Shown here: positions 31,919 to 39,890 of the stretch, in pieces | Numbering within the stretch: position 1 is the first letter of the stretch | Layout: every line of letters begins with the position of its first letter | Sequence record: PZ452584.1 | Direction: 5' to 3' (one strand) | DNA length: 64,000 nucleotides | Source: a phage | Program-made: the position numbers and the translations under genes | The notes under the pieces: generated by a model | The model's database searches: none | What the model was told of the DNA's origin: nothing | What the model saw: only the letters and a program-made list of their open reading frames with translations

Positions 31919-32193
31919 TCGAAATAATCTTCAATTTCGTAATCATGGACATAAAACATTATAGTTTTTAATATATCATCAATACTTTTTCCTGGAGCTG
32001 GAATTACGTAGAAATATCCTGCTTTTGAGAGGTCTTTATAAGTTCCAATCAAGAAATCGTTATTCTCAAGATGTAGTTCTTCAACTAATTCATTAACAAT
32101 TGAGTGGTATAAATTTGGTAGAAACTTATATAGCTTTTCTAGAATATCAATTTTGATTGTATATTGAACCGCAGATTGAGAATCAATAATCAT
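31915..32193 (-). CDS. arn: possible Arn (anti-restriction nuclease) homolog, 92 aa
   Basis: 92-aa acidic ORF next to asiA; length and position match my recollection of T4 arn; no motif confirmation. Confidence 0.4.
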   Translation of the reverse strand: MIIDSQSAVQYTIKIDILEKLYKFLPNLYHSIVNELVEELHLENNDFLIGTYKDLSKAGYFYVIPAPGKSIDDILKTIMFYVHDYEIEDYFE

Positions 32194-32276
32194 AGACCTT
32201 CCCCTTATGTTTCTGTTTGCGATTAGATTCTTTAAACGCTTTCTTCTTATCTTTATGGACAGAAGCTTTATTAAAA

Positions 32277-32495
32277 TTATGTTTTGCGACTAAATTGTTC
32301 ATAATGCTGAATTACCTCTCTTAAACATTTGCATGTGAATGAAAACTTTTTAGCTACACCACATTCAAATATATGTTCTCTTAAATCACGTGTATCAGTA
32401 TATTCCATCTCAACAATAAAATGCCGTATTAGATTTTTATCTTTATCATTGAGAGAATTAAAATAATCCGACTTTGAATTAATTTCCCTGGCCAA
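32277..32495 (-). CDS. hypothetical protein (72 aa)
   Basis: Track ORF. Confidence 0.45.
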   Translation of the reverse strand: MAREINSKSDYFNSLNDKDKNLIRHFIVEMEYTDTRDLREHIFECGVAKKFSFTCKCLREVIQHYEQFSRKT

Positions 32496-32775
32496 ATTGA
32501 ATCACCTTCAGTTGACGTTTTAGCTCTTTTATCATCTCTTCGTTCATCGCAATATAAAGATCACGTAAAGCAGGTTTTAGCATTCCATTTATTGGGGAAC
32601 TAAATGGACATACATAATCTTTTCCTACGAGCTTTTTAGTGAATTCCATGTCACAAAACTGAAATGCAGGTTCATTAGCATAAATTCCCCAATTGGTTGA
32701 CATCATTTTATTGGCATATTCCAATGCTTGGATTTGATTAGTAATTCCATCAATTTGAAACTTTTTAATATTCAT
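32479..32775 (-). CDS. hypothetical protein (98 aa)
   Basis: Track ORF. Confidence 0.45.
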   Translation of the reverse strand: MNIKKFQIDGITNQIQALEYANKMMSTNWGIYANEPAFQFCDMEFTKKLVGKDYVCPFSSPINGMLKPALRDLYIAMNEEMIKELKRQLKVIQFGQGN

Positions 32776-33236
32776 TAGTAAAGGTCCTCAGAGTAAAGTT
32801 CTTTTTCACTACCACCGCGTTCAATACGTACTTGTCCAGCGTAAGTTGCAATAATCATTGCTTCTTCACGTGTCCAATAATTACTATATTGGTCAATAAA
32901 CCCTTGGTCATCATCACAAACTTGCTGAGTAACTAATTGGGGTTTAACTACATCTAAAACTTCTGCCATATCTTTAGAATAATGACGAGCACCCGGAATA
33001 ATAAGAGTTCGTCCATCTTTTAATTTAAAACGGTTGGCTGCGCAAACAATTCGTCGTTGATACTTTTGGTTTTCATCCCAGTATGCAGACTGCCAGCAAA
33101 TTTCAGGAACTTCTTTCAGAATATCTTCTTCTGTGCATTTATAACCATGTGCTTTAAATTTTTGAACAAGACTTTCTGGAGTCTCACGAGATAAAGGAAC
33201 ATTCAACATTTTTAAACGATTAATAAATGGGTTCAT
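32775..33236 (-). CDS. hypothetical protein (153 aa)
   Basis: Track ORF. Confidence 0.5.
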   Translation of the reverse strand: MNPFINRLKMLNVPLSRETPESLVQKFKAHGYKCTEEDILKEVPEICWQSAYWDENQKYQRRIVCAANRFKLKDGRTLIIPGARHYSKDMAEVLDVVKPQLVTQQVCDDDQGFIDQYSNYWTREEAMIIATYAGQVRIERGGSEKELYSEDLY

Positions 33237-33562
33237 TTAAACCATCCTTTAATACGCTGCCACAAAGTTTTCTGTTGAGCTTTGTTAACACCAATCGAGC
33301 GAATAACTGGTTGAGATTCCTGGAATTCTTTATAATCAGCAAGATAAATTTCGTAAGCTGCATCTGTAAAGGAACTTATCGCTGCCATAAAATTATTGCG
33401 AATACCTACTGGAGCATCTTTACTTTCACGAATAATCATGTATTTACCAGTCTTAATCTTTACGATAGTTCCAAGATAAGCTCCATGGTACCAAATATCC
33501 CAACCCTCTTGAGTAGGTTCTGCACAACGACGAAGTTCATTAACAATTTCTAACTTGTTCAT
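33233..33562 (-). CDS. hypothetical protein (109 aa)
   Basis: Track ORF. Confidence 0.5.
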   Translation of the reverse strand: MNKLEIVNELRRCAEPTQEGWDIWYHGAYLGTIVKIKTGKYMIIRESKDAPVGIRNNFMAAISSFTDAAYEIYLADYKEFQESQPVIRSIGVNKAQQKTLWQRIKGWFK

Positions 33563-33572
33563 TATTTATTCC

Positions 33573-34208
33573 TCACAGTTCAGATGCTACAGTGATTACA
33601 GCTTCAATGTTTTCTGCCGAGCGTTTAATGTCAAGATATACATTACCATTTTTAGCGATTTTACATGACATACCGATATCAGTAAATTTCTGAATATGAT
33701 GTTCCATCATTTTGTATCCAAAAATTCGCATATTTCCATTATTGTTAATTTCAAAATTACGAATTCCGTGAGTGCGTTTTTCTAAAATAGCGAGATAGTT
33801 ACTACGGTAAGTTTCAACTTTTTTAAGAACAAATCCATTTTCATCTAAAAGTTTTAGCATGAGGTCTTTATCTTCTTCCATATCGGAAGTAATCTCGCGA
33901 GCTTTACGAGTTGCTCGTTTTTTCAGCAGTTCCGGAGCATTTTCCTGTGCGTATAAAGTTGCTGCATTTGAAATAATATCCTGAGCTTCACCAGTAATGA
34001 TTAATCCATCACCAGATTTCTCCACCAGGCCTTTTTTAATCAATACCCCAATATTACTATTAACTACTGCATTACCTAAATCTGGATGCACCTCACGAAC
34101 TTCTGCAGCTGTAATGAAATCTTTCTTAGCAATAGTAATTAAAATCGCAGCAGTTTTTTCATTCAGAACATCGTTAGAAGCTTTGATGATGTAAGTTACT
34201 TTAGACAT
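33573..34208 (-). CDS. motA: MotA middle-transcription activator
   Basis: 211-aa ORF MSKVTYIIKASNDVLNEKTAAILITIAKKDFITAAEV...; matches T4 MotA; promoter cassette upstream. Confidence 0.92.
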   Translation of the reverse strand: MSKVTYIIKASNDVLNEKTAAILITIAKKDFITAAEVREVHPDLGNAVVNSNIGVLIKKGLVEKSGDGLIITGEAQDIISNAATLYAQENAPELLKKRATRKAREITSDMEEDKDLMLKLLDENGFVLKKVETYRSNYLAILEKRTHGIRNFEINNNGNMRIFGYKMMEHHIQKFTDIGMSCKIAKNGNVYLDIKRSAENIEAVITVASEL

Positions 34209-34249
34209 TTTCTAATCTCCGTAATTCTGTATCAGTAGTTGATAGTTGT

Positions 34250-34279
34250 ATAGTACCACAGTATGCTTTGGTTGTAAAC
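34250..34279 (-). promoter_or_regulatory. T4-type early promoter upstream of motA (cassette copy)
   Basis: gtaaac 34274-34279, atagta 34250-34255. Confidence 0.6.
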
Positions 34280-34303
34280 CGTTTTGTGAAAAAAATTTTG
34301 AAA

Positions 34304-34330
34304 TAAAAAAGGGAGAGCCTCGGCTCTCCC
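34304..34330 (-). terminator. intrinsic terminator downstream of gene 52 / small peptide gene
   Basis: gggagagcc..ggctctccc hairpin 34311-34330 with A-run on plus strand. Confidence 0.6.
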
Positions 34331-34335
34331 TAAAA

Positions 34336-34485
34336 TTACTGCATGACTGTGATAACTGTCATGATAACACGTTGAATTCCGAACGCAAGAAGACCTCCTG
34401 CTACGGCTGGAACAACGCCTAAACCCGCCAGTAAAATGCTACCGGATACTAATGCAGCGCTTGTAATACCAATGAATGGACTCAT
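34336..34485 (-). CDS. small hydrophobic peptide (49 aa), unlisted in track
   Basis: ATG overlaps gene 52 stop (ATGA); MSPFIGITSAALVSGSILLAGLGVVPAVAGGLLAFG...; followed by terminator 34304-34330. Confidence 0.4.
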   Translation of the reverse strand: MSPFIGITSAALVSGSILLAGLGVVPAVAGGLLAFGIQRVIMTVITVMQ

Positions 34486-35810
34486 TTGATTTCCTCTAAA
34501 TCTTTAGTGTATTCTGTAACTACATCAGTAGTTTTCCAATATTCGTTTTCTTCTTTTTTGGCTTTAGCTTCTTCAGCAAGTTTCTTCGCTTCATCGGAAG
34601 TCATATGAAAAATATTCATTCCAACCAGTTTATCAACATAAGAAGAATACATATTGATTTTCGAAAGTTCTTCGGTCAGTTCTTTACGAGTTTTACCCTG
34701 TACAACAATTTCACCTGAAATTACTTTCTTAATGAAATGTGCCTTGGCAAAGGCTAAACGAAAAGCGGACTCAGTTTCTTTAATTTTGTTATCAATTCGT
34801 TTTTGGACATAAGTTTTACGAACTTCAACAAAGTCTTTAATTAAATCAACTACGTTATCGTAAACTTGTAGTTTTCCTTTCTCATTAATAACCGTAATAT
34901 TCTGAGAACGACGCTCAATCAACCCGAAGTCTTTCATAATTTTTGCATGACGTTCTTCTTCATTATCGCTCAAAGAATATTCTTTGCGGAATTTAACTTT
35001 GAATCCAAAACCATGCTCACCACAAGCATCATCCCATGTAATGAAGCCTTTATCTTCAAGTGGGTCTAAGATTTTACTCACATAAGTTTCACGATCATAC
35101 TTATACGGAATCTCAGTGATATTCATTTGAGTTCGTGAAGTAAACTTGTACGTTCCACGAATTTCATATTGCCCATCAATTTCAACGACTTCACCACGAA
35201 ATTCTGGGAATTCTACCTTCGGTTTAGTTACTTTCTTTCCTTGAAGAGCTTGTAATACAGCTTTCTTGACAGAAGAAACACTATGAGGAAGAATGTAAGT
35301 TGCATAACCAGTTGCAATACCGGAAACGCCATTAAGAAGAACAGTAGGAATAATAGGCAAATAGAAAGCAGGCGGAATGTGTTCTTTATCTTGATGTACC
35401 GGAGCATATTCAGTATCTTTATATACGTTATAGAAATTTTTACTTACACGAGCAAAAATATAACGACTTGCTGCTGCTTTTTGGACGGTACGAGAACCAA
35501 AGTTTCCTTGACCATCTAACAGAGGAAAGTTATTATTCCAAGTGTTAGCCATCAAAGCACCTGCGTCTTGCGCAGAGTTTTCACCATGATGATATCCAAG
35601 GTCCGCTACACCACCTGCAATAGAAGCGAGTTTGTGAAACTTATCTTTATTTCCTCGTGCCAAATCAAGAGCTCGAGCAATAACAAATCGTTGAACTGGC
35701 TTAAATCCGTCAATCATATTTGGGATAGCACGATTTTCAACCGTGTACATAGCATAAGCCAATGCTTCATTATCAATGATACTTTTTAAATCGCGATTAT
35801 TCAGTTGCAT
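34482..35810 (-). CDS. 52: gp52 topoisomerase II medium subunit (GyrA-like)
   Basis: 442-aa ORF MQLNNRDLKSIIDNEALAYAMYTVENRAIPNMIDGFKPVQRFV...; same length as T4 gp52. Confidence 0.92.
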   Translation of the reverse strand: MQLNNRDLKSIIDNEALAYAMYTVENRAIPNMIDGFKPVQRFVIARALDLARGNKDKFHKLASIAGGVADLGYHHGENSAQDAGALMANTWNNNFPLLDGQGNFGSRTVQKAAASRYIFARVSKNFYNVYKDTEYAPVHQDKEHIPPAFYLPIIPTVLLNGVSGIATGYATYILPHSVSSVKKAVLQALQGKKVTKPKVEFPEFRGEVVEIDGQYEIRGTYKFTSRTQMNITEIPYKYDRETYVSKILDPLEDKGFITWDDACGEHGFGFKVKFRKEYSLSDNEEERHAKIMKDFGLIERRSQNITVINEKGKLQVYDNVVDLIKDFVEVRKTYVQKRIDNKIKETESAFRLAFAKAHFIKKVISGEIVVQGKTRKELTEELSKINMYSSYVDKLVGMNIFHMTSDEAKKLAEEAKAKKEENEYWKTTDVVTEYTKDLEEIK

Positions 35811-35947
35811 AAATTTACCATACTAGTGAATGTAGTGCCATAATAACATCAGAAATGAAAAGCACGACTTGAATTAATCCGAACATTACTCCATAATATA
35901 GTGCTACCAATAAAGTAGCAAGGGATAATGAATAGCCCAAGATTTTC

Positions 35948-36106
35948 TTAATCATTAGTAGATAACAACACAAATGTTAAATATGCACACATACCCTGGG
36001 CTAAAGCTTGTGAAAACACACTGCTAGCATCGATACAGATAGTTAAAACACATGCTACTATCCAACAAATAAATGAAATAACTCCTAATAATTTTGCGAT
36101 ATTCAT
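35948..36106 (-). CDS. small membrane peptide (52 aa), paralog of ac
   Basis: Trimmed to ATG 36106 with GAGGAGAA RBS; ...SVFSQALAQGMCAYL shares motif with ac-like peptide. Confidence 0.45.
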   Translation of the reverse strand: MNIAKLLGVISFICWIVACVLTICIDASSVFSQALAQGMCAYLTFVLLSTND

Positions 36107-36116
36107 AATATTCTCC

Positions 36117-36272
36117 TCAACTATTTTTAGAACCAATGTACGCGAATAATGATAAAATCGCTAATACGCCCTGAGCTGATGCTTGCAAAAATACTGAAGT
36201 TTCTCCAGTTATTACTGTTCCGATGCATAAAAAGAACCAACAGAAAAAGGCTATACCGTGAACAAATTTCAT
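36117..36272 (-). CDS. ac: Ac-like 51-aa membrane peptide (acridine sensitivity)
   Basis: Unlisted ORF; ATG 36272 with GAGGAAAA RBS; 51 aa as T4 Ac; position between 52 and stp. Confidence 0.55.
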   Translation of the reverse strand: MKFVHGIAFFCWFFLCIGTVITGETSVFLQASAQGVLAILSLFAYIGSKNS

Positions 36273-36279
36273 ATTTTCC

Positions 36280-36360
36280 TCACTGGCGTCCGAAGACGCC
36301 TTTGGTTTTAAGATTGTTACGATAGAACTGCATCACATGTTCGTTATGGAAATTACTCAT
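36280..36360 (-). CDS. stp: Stp peptide (26 aa; activator of host PrrC anticodon nuclease)
   Basis: Unlisted ORF translating to [26 protein letters not shown], matching T4 Stp as I recall it; start overlaps ndd stop (TAATG). Confidence 0.8.
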
Positions 36361-36803
36361 TAATATGCCTGCAAAACAAATTTAAAGTTATCAGCCAACA
36401 TACGGTTCATTTCTTCAAGTGTTTGATACTCAGAATGATGATTACGAGTAAACGCTAAAGCTAACTGACCTTTTCCAAATCCTGTCGTCAGAGGTTTCAT
36501 CTTAGAAGCAGGCAGATAAAATACTGTGTATACCATATTGTTATTTGCAATAGTACGCGCAAGTTGAGACCGGCGTTGACGAATATGACTTAAAACCGCA
36601 CTAAATCCTTGCTTAGAACGCTGATTACCTACATAAAATCGTGCAGATACGCATGAACCATCGAATTCACTTACTAAAAAGTAAAATCCAGGTTTAGACA
36701 AAATGTCTTTATGCGGGGTTCCCAAAAACCATTCACCACCCTTAATTGTACCAATAACAGTTGCGCCTGCATTATTCAGATCAGTAACAGTCATATATTT
36801 CAT
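36360..36803 (-). CDS. ndd: Ndd nucleoid-disruption protein
   Basis: 147 aa from ATG 36803 ([18 protein letters not shown]...) with GAGGAAA RBS; flanked by stp as in T4. Confidence 0.7.
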
Positions 36804-37193
36804 TTTAATTTCCTCTAAATTATTTTCTACTCCAAGGCCGCATGAATACACACGGCCGATAAATTAATCGTCGCAGTCGACGCTCAATTCCCAAAACTCT
36901 TCTACGGTATAAGTTTCAGTATCATTTTCAATACAGAAACGTTCATTACTGTTATTTGCTAAAGTAGCGTTAACTGTCATTTTCTCGCTAGTCTCTTAAG
37001 AGGTGAAATACGAATTAACTGATCACCATTATCTAAACAAAAAATTTCACCAACTTTTACATCTTTAAAAATTTTCATAATTCACCTCAGGGAGTATAAA
37101 ATCCAAATGCAGTTGTTGACCATCCCATCCAATATGGGATATTTGCGCCAATGTAAAATACAAGAATATAAAACCAAATGCTTAGTAAATTCA

Positions 37194-37391
37194 TTATTTT
37201 ACACCATTCCAAATTGTTTCAACCACAGATTTCAAACCATTTTGGTGAATATCCATTCCGACAACTGCCATCAAATAAATTCCAACTACAACTGAACCTA
37301 AGGCAAAAATCAGCATGAAAATGAATAAAGCCGGAAAAATATTATCGAAAAACCATTCAATAAATGTAAAAGCACTACGTTTACGCTTCAT
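37194..37391 (-). CDS. small membrane protein (65 aa)
   Basis: Trimmed to ATG 37391 with GAGGAAAA RBS; hydrophobic core. Confidence 0.4.
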   Translation of the reverse strand: MKRKRSAFTFIEWFFDNIFPALFIFMLIFALGSVVVGIYLMAVVGMDIHQNGLKSVVETIWNGVK

Positions 37392-37398
37392 ATTTTCC

Positions 37399-37512
37399 TC
37401 ACATAAATCCAAAATAAGCGTTTAATACATCAATCATTAAAACGATTGGGAATATACTCAAAACTATTAGTATTATAACTACATTCCATATAGCTTTAAT
37501 AATCTTTTTCAT
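37399..37512 (-). CDS. small hydrophobic peptide (37 aa)
   Basis: ATG 37512 with GGAGGAA RBS directly downstream of promoter cassette 37541-37570. Confidence 0.4.
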   Translation of the reverse strand: MKKIIKAIWNVVIILIVLSIFPIVLMIDVLNAYFGFM

Positions 37513-37540
37513 TTTCTGTTCCTCCATAGTTGATAGGGTA

Positions 37541-37570
37541 ATAGTACCACGGAGGAACAGTCTTGTAAAC
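37541..37570 (-). promoter_or_regulatory. T4-type early promoter (cassette copy)
   Basis: gtaaac 37565-37570, atagta 37541-37546. Confidence 0.55.
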
Positions 37571-37577
37571 CACTTTT

Positions 37578-37676
37578 TTAAAAATATTCGTAATAAATGT
37601 GAATACCAATCACTACCGCCGAAACTTGCGCAACCCACCACGCACAAGCAATAAGTACAGAATTCAAAATTTTCAT
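37578..37676 (-). CDS. small hydrophobic peptide (32 aa), unlisted
   Basis: MKILNSVLIACAWWVAQVSAVVIGIHIYYEYF; GAGG upstream; start overlaps stop of next peptide (ATGA). Confidence 0.3.
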   Translation of the reverse strand: MKILNSVLIACAWWVAQVSAVVIGIHIYYEYF

Positions 37677-37759
37677 AATAACCTCATTACAAAAGTAAAT
37701 GTTAAACAAATTACTGGAATACTAATTAACCAAATAAAACACCACCATAGTGAACTCAT
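37673..37759 (-). CDS. small hydrophobic peptide (28 aa), unlisted
   Basis: MSSLWWCFIWLISIPVICLTFTFVMRLL; weak RBS; ndd.x-like position. Confidence 0.25.
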   Translation of the reverse strand: MSSLWWCFIWLISIPVICLTFTFVMRLL

Positions 37760-37787
37760 AGTTCAATCTCAACGATTTTCATTTTAC

Positions 37788-37994
37788 TCAATAATCCGCT
37801 AAAAGATCGACGATTGCATCACGAAGACACTTATTCGCAATACGTTTAAGAGCAATTTCAGTTTCTGGAGCATTTTGAATAATCATTGAATTCAATTCAG
37901 CCTCAGCAAACTGAAGTTCTTTAACTAATTCAGCTTTATATTTTCCTTGCCCTTTCTTAGCTTTTGCTCGTTTTAATTCAGCTGTAGTAAACAT
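37788..37994 (-). CDS. hypothetical protein (68 aa)
   Basis: Trimmed to ATG 37994 with GGAG RBS downstream of promoter cassette 38029-38058. Confidence 0.5.
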   Translation of the reverse strand: MFTTAELKRAKAKKGQGKYKAELVKELQFAEAELNSMIIQNAPETEIALKRIANKCLRDAIVDLLADY

Positions 37995-38028
37995 TTTATT
38001 CTCCAAATCCGTATCAGTTGATAGTTGT

Positions 38029-38058
38029 ATAGTACCACGGTCCTTGTGGTATGTAAAC
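38029..38058 (-). promoter_or_regulatory. T4-type early promoter (cassette copy)
   Basis: gtaaac 38053-38058, atagta 38029-38034. Confidence 0.6.
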
Positions 38059-38074
38059 TGTTTTGTGAAAATTT

Positions 38075-38632
38075 TTAAATGGAAAGATACCATCCGTTGT
38101 AGTTGCTTTTTCTTACAACCTTACGAAGGTCTTCTCTATCACCGATGAACTTCGGAGTGTACTGGATGACACCTGGATGAATTTCTTTAGTGTTGAATAT
38201 AATTATACAGTCAGCGACTTGATGATTCAGAATGGGCCCTAGATTTATTCCAGAGCCATATGGATACTCTCCGCTGCATCCGGTTGTTACCGAAATCCAA
38301 CGCGAGTCAGTTTGATGTGTTTTGACTTCTACACGAAGCCCACAGTATTTTGGATGCGCCAATACATCCCATGCATATGTATATGGGTCATTAACATCCT
38401 CTTGGCCTTTGTTAACATACCCACTCAACCAATCTGCTACCACATACTCGGCATACACAGCAATACGACATCTTTCGATAACTTCTGCCTTATCCTGATT
38501 TGGATTTTGTTTTAAAGAGTATCTTGCAGTATCAGCAATTTTGGCCTTCATTTCACTAGTCAAGTCACTGTTAGATAGGGTAAATAACGGAATCTGAAAT
38601 AGTCTCTGCAAACCCGGATTCGTTTTCTGCAT
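38075..38632 (-). CDS. denB: endonuclease IV
   Basis: 185-aa ORF, same length and position (between ndd region and rIIB) as T4 DenB. Confidence 0.7.
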   Translation of the reverse strand: MQKTNPGLQRLFQIPLFTLSNSDLTSEMKAKIADTARYSLKQNPNQDKAEVIERCRIAVYAEYVVADWLSGYVNKGQEDVNDPYTYAWDVLAHPKYCGLRVEVKTHQTDSRWISVTTGCSGEYPYGSGINLGPILNHQVADCIIIFNTKEIHPGVIQYTPKFIGDREDLRKVVRKSNYNGWYLSI

Positions 38633-38691
38633 TTAAACTTTCCTTTATGTCGGAATCACTGATATTCATATAATAAATCATAATTTCTCTT

Positions 38692-38712
38692 AAAACAAAA
38701 GGGCCGAAGCCC
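38692..38712 (-). terminator. intrinsic terminator (GGGC-CGAA-GCCC type)
   Basis: gggccgaagccc 38701-38712 with A-rich tract upstream and T-rich tract downstream (bidirectional appearance). Confidence 0.5.
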
Positions 38713-38717
38713 TTATT

Positions 38718-38912
38718 TTATTTGAATTGTGCAATTCTTTTCTCTAGACATTCAGCATAAGATTTCATTGAGATGAATTGTGAAAGCAGCAGTTCTTGCT
38801 CAACTGCACTAACCGTTAGAAACTTTGCGCTTTCTAAAAATTTGCTCAGTGCATTAATTTTGAGCATTAATTGATCGTATTCTTCTTTTACTCGTGCTTG
38901 ATAACCTAACAT
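38718..38912 (-). CDS. hypothetical protein (64 aa)
   Basis: ATG 38912 with GAGGAAAA RBS; terminator 38692-38712 downstream. Confidence 0.5.
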   Translation of the reverse strand: MLGYQARVKEEYDQLMLKINALSKFLESAKFLTVSAVEQELLLSQFISMKSYAECLEKRIAQFK

Positions 38913-38940
38913 AATTTTCCTCAGTTAAGGGCCGAAGCCC

Positions 38941-39879
38941 TTATTTAAATTGTTCAGTAACGTCTTCAACTACTTCGTATTGGCAGGTACGCATTTTAGC
39001 ATCGTTGTAATCAATCGGAATTGATACTACATCACGTGGATGTACTTTAACTTTTACAACTCGGCTGGTTGAACTGCCAAAGTGACGAATATAAGATTTA
39101 GAACACACATGCAGACCACGAGAACAAGTTTGTGTATCATCGTCATTCACACGAGTACGTGGCATTTTAACTACTTTACCCGGACTGTTATCAAAGGTAT
39201 TTGAGTGACAGTCAAAGTAATTGCTGCGAACTACTTTCCAAGCATAGAAGTAACCATCTTCTGTAATTTCAATATCGTTTGCTACTAAGAAATCAAAGAG
39301 TCGAGATACCGCTTTTTGGCTTGGGTTTTCCAACAGATTTTCCAGGAACGGAAAATAAAATTCAAAGTTTTCACCTTTTTCCATCGAATCGAGAATACGA
39401 TCAACCAAACCAGACCGCAATTCAATATTTTGATAGAACAAGCTTCCACCTTCAATTCGAACATCACCGGAAATATATTTTTCAACAGCGCGACGAACAT
39501 TAATTTTTTGTGCCGCTTCTTCTAACTTATCTGCTACGAGCAGATTAAGAATTTCCTGGAAGTTTGAATGAGTATTAGGAGTTGCGTTATAAGTTACACC
39601 ATCGACAGTAATTGAAATGAATTTTTTAGATGCATTCCAAATAATGTCAGATTTAGCAACTGGAGCAATAACTGCATCGCTATTAACTTTAACTGTAATA
39701 TCACCGCTAATAGTAACTTTAGAGTGTTTAGCTTCTTCAGCATTTTTCAAAACACGACGGATTGTGTCAACCGATACACCTTGCCAATCAGCCAATTCCT
39801 GTTGGGTGTAATTACCACTTGAATACAGCTTAACAATTTCAGCTTGTTCGTTTTTGGTCAGGCATTTAATATTGTACAT
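38941..39879 (-). CDS. rIIB: rIIB rapid-lysis protein
   Basis: 312-aa ORF MYNIKCLTKNEQAEIVKLYSSGNYTQQELADWQGVSVDTIRRVLKNAEEAK; matches T4 rIIB. Confidence 0.95.
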   Translation of the reverse strand: MYNIKCLTKNEQAEIVKLYSSGNYTQQELADWQGVSVDTIRRVLKNAEEAKHSKVTISGDITVKVNSDAVIAPVAKSDIIWNASKKFISITVDGVTYNATPNTHSNFQEILNLLVADKLEEAAQKINVRRAVEKYISGDVRIEGGSLFYQNIELRSGLVDRILDSMEKGENFEFYFPFLENLLENPSQKAVSRLFDFLVANDIEITEDGYFYAWKVVRSNYFDCHSNTFDNSPGKVVKMPRTRVNDDDTQTCSRGLHVCSKSYIRHFGSSTSRVVKVKVHPRDVVSIPIDYNDAKMRTCQYEVVEDVTEQFK

Positions 39880-39890
39880 AATTTTCCTTA

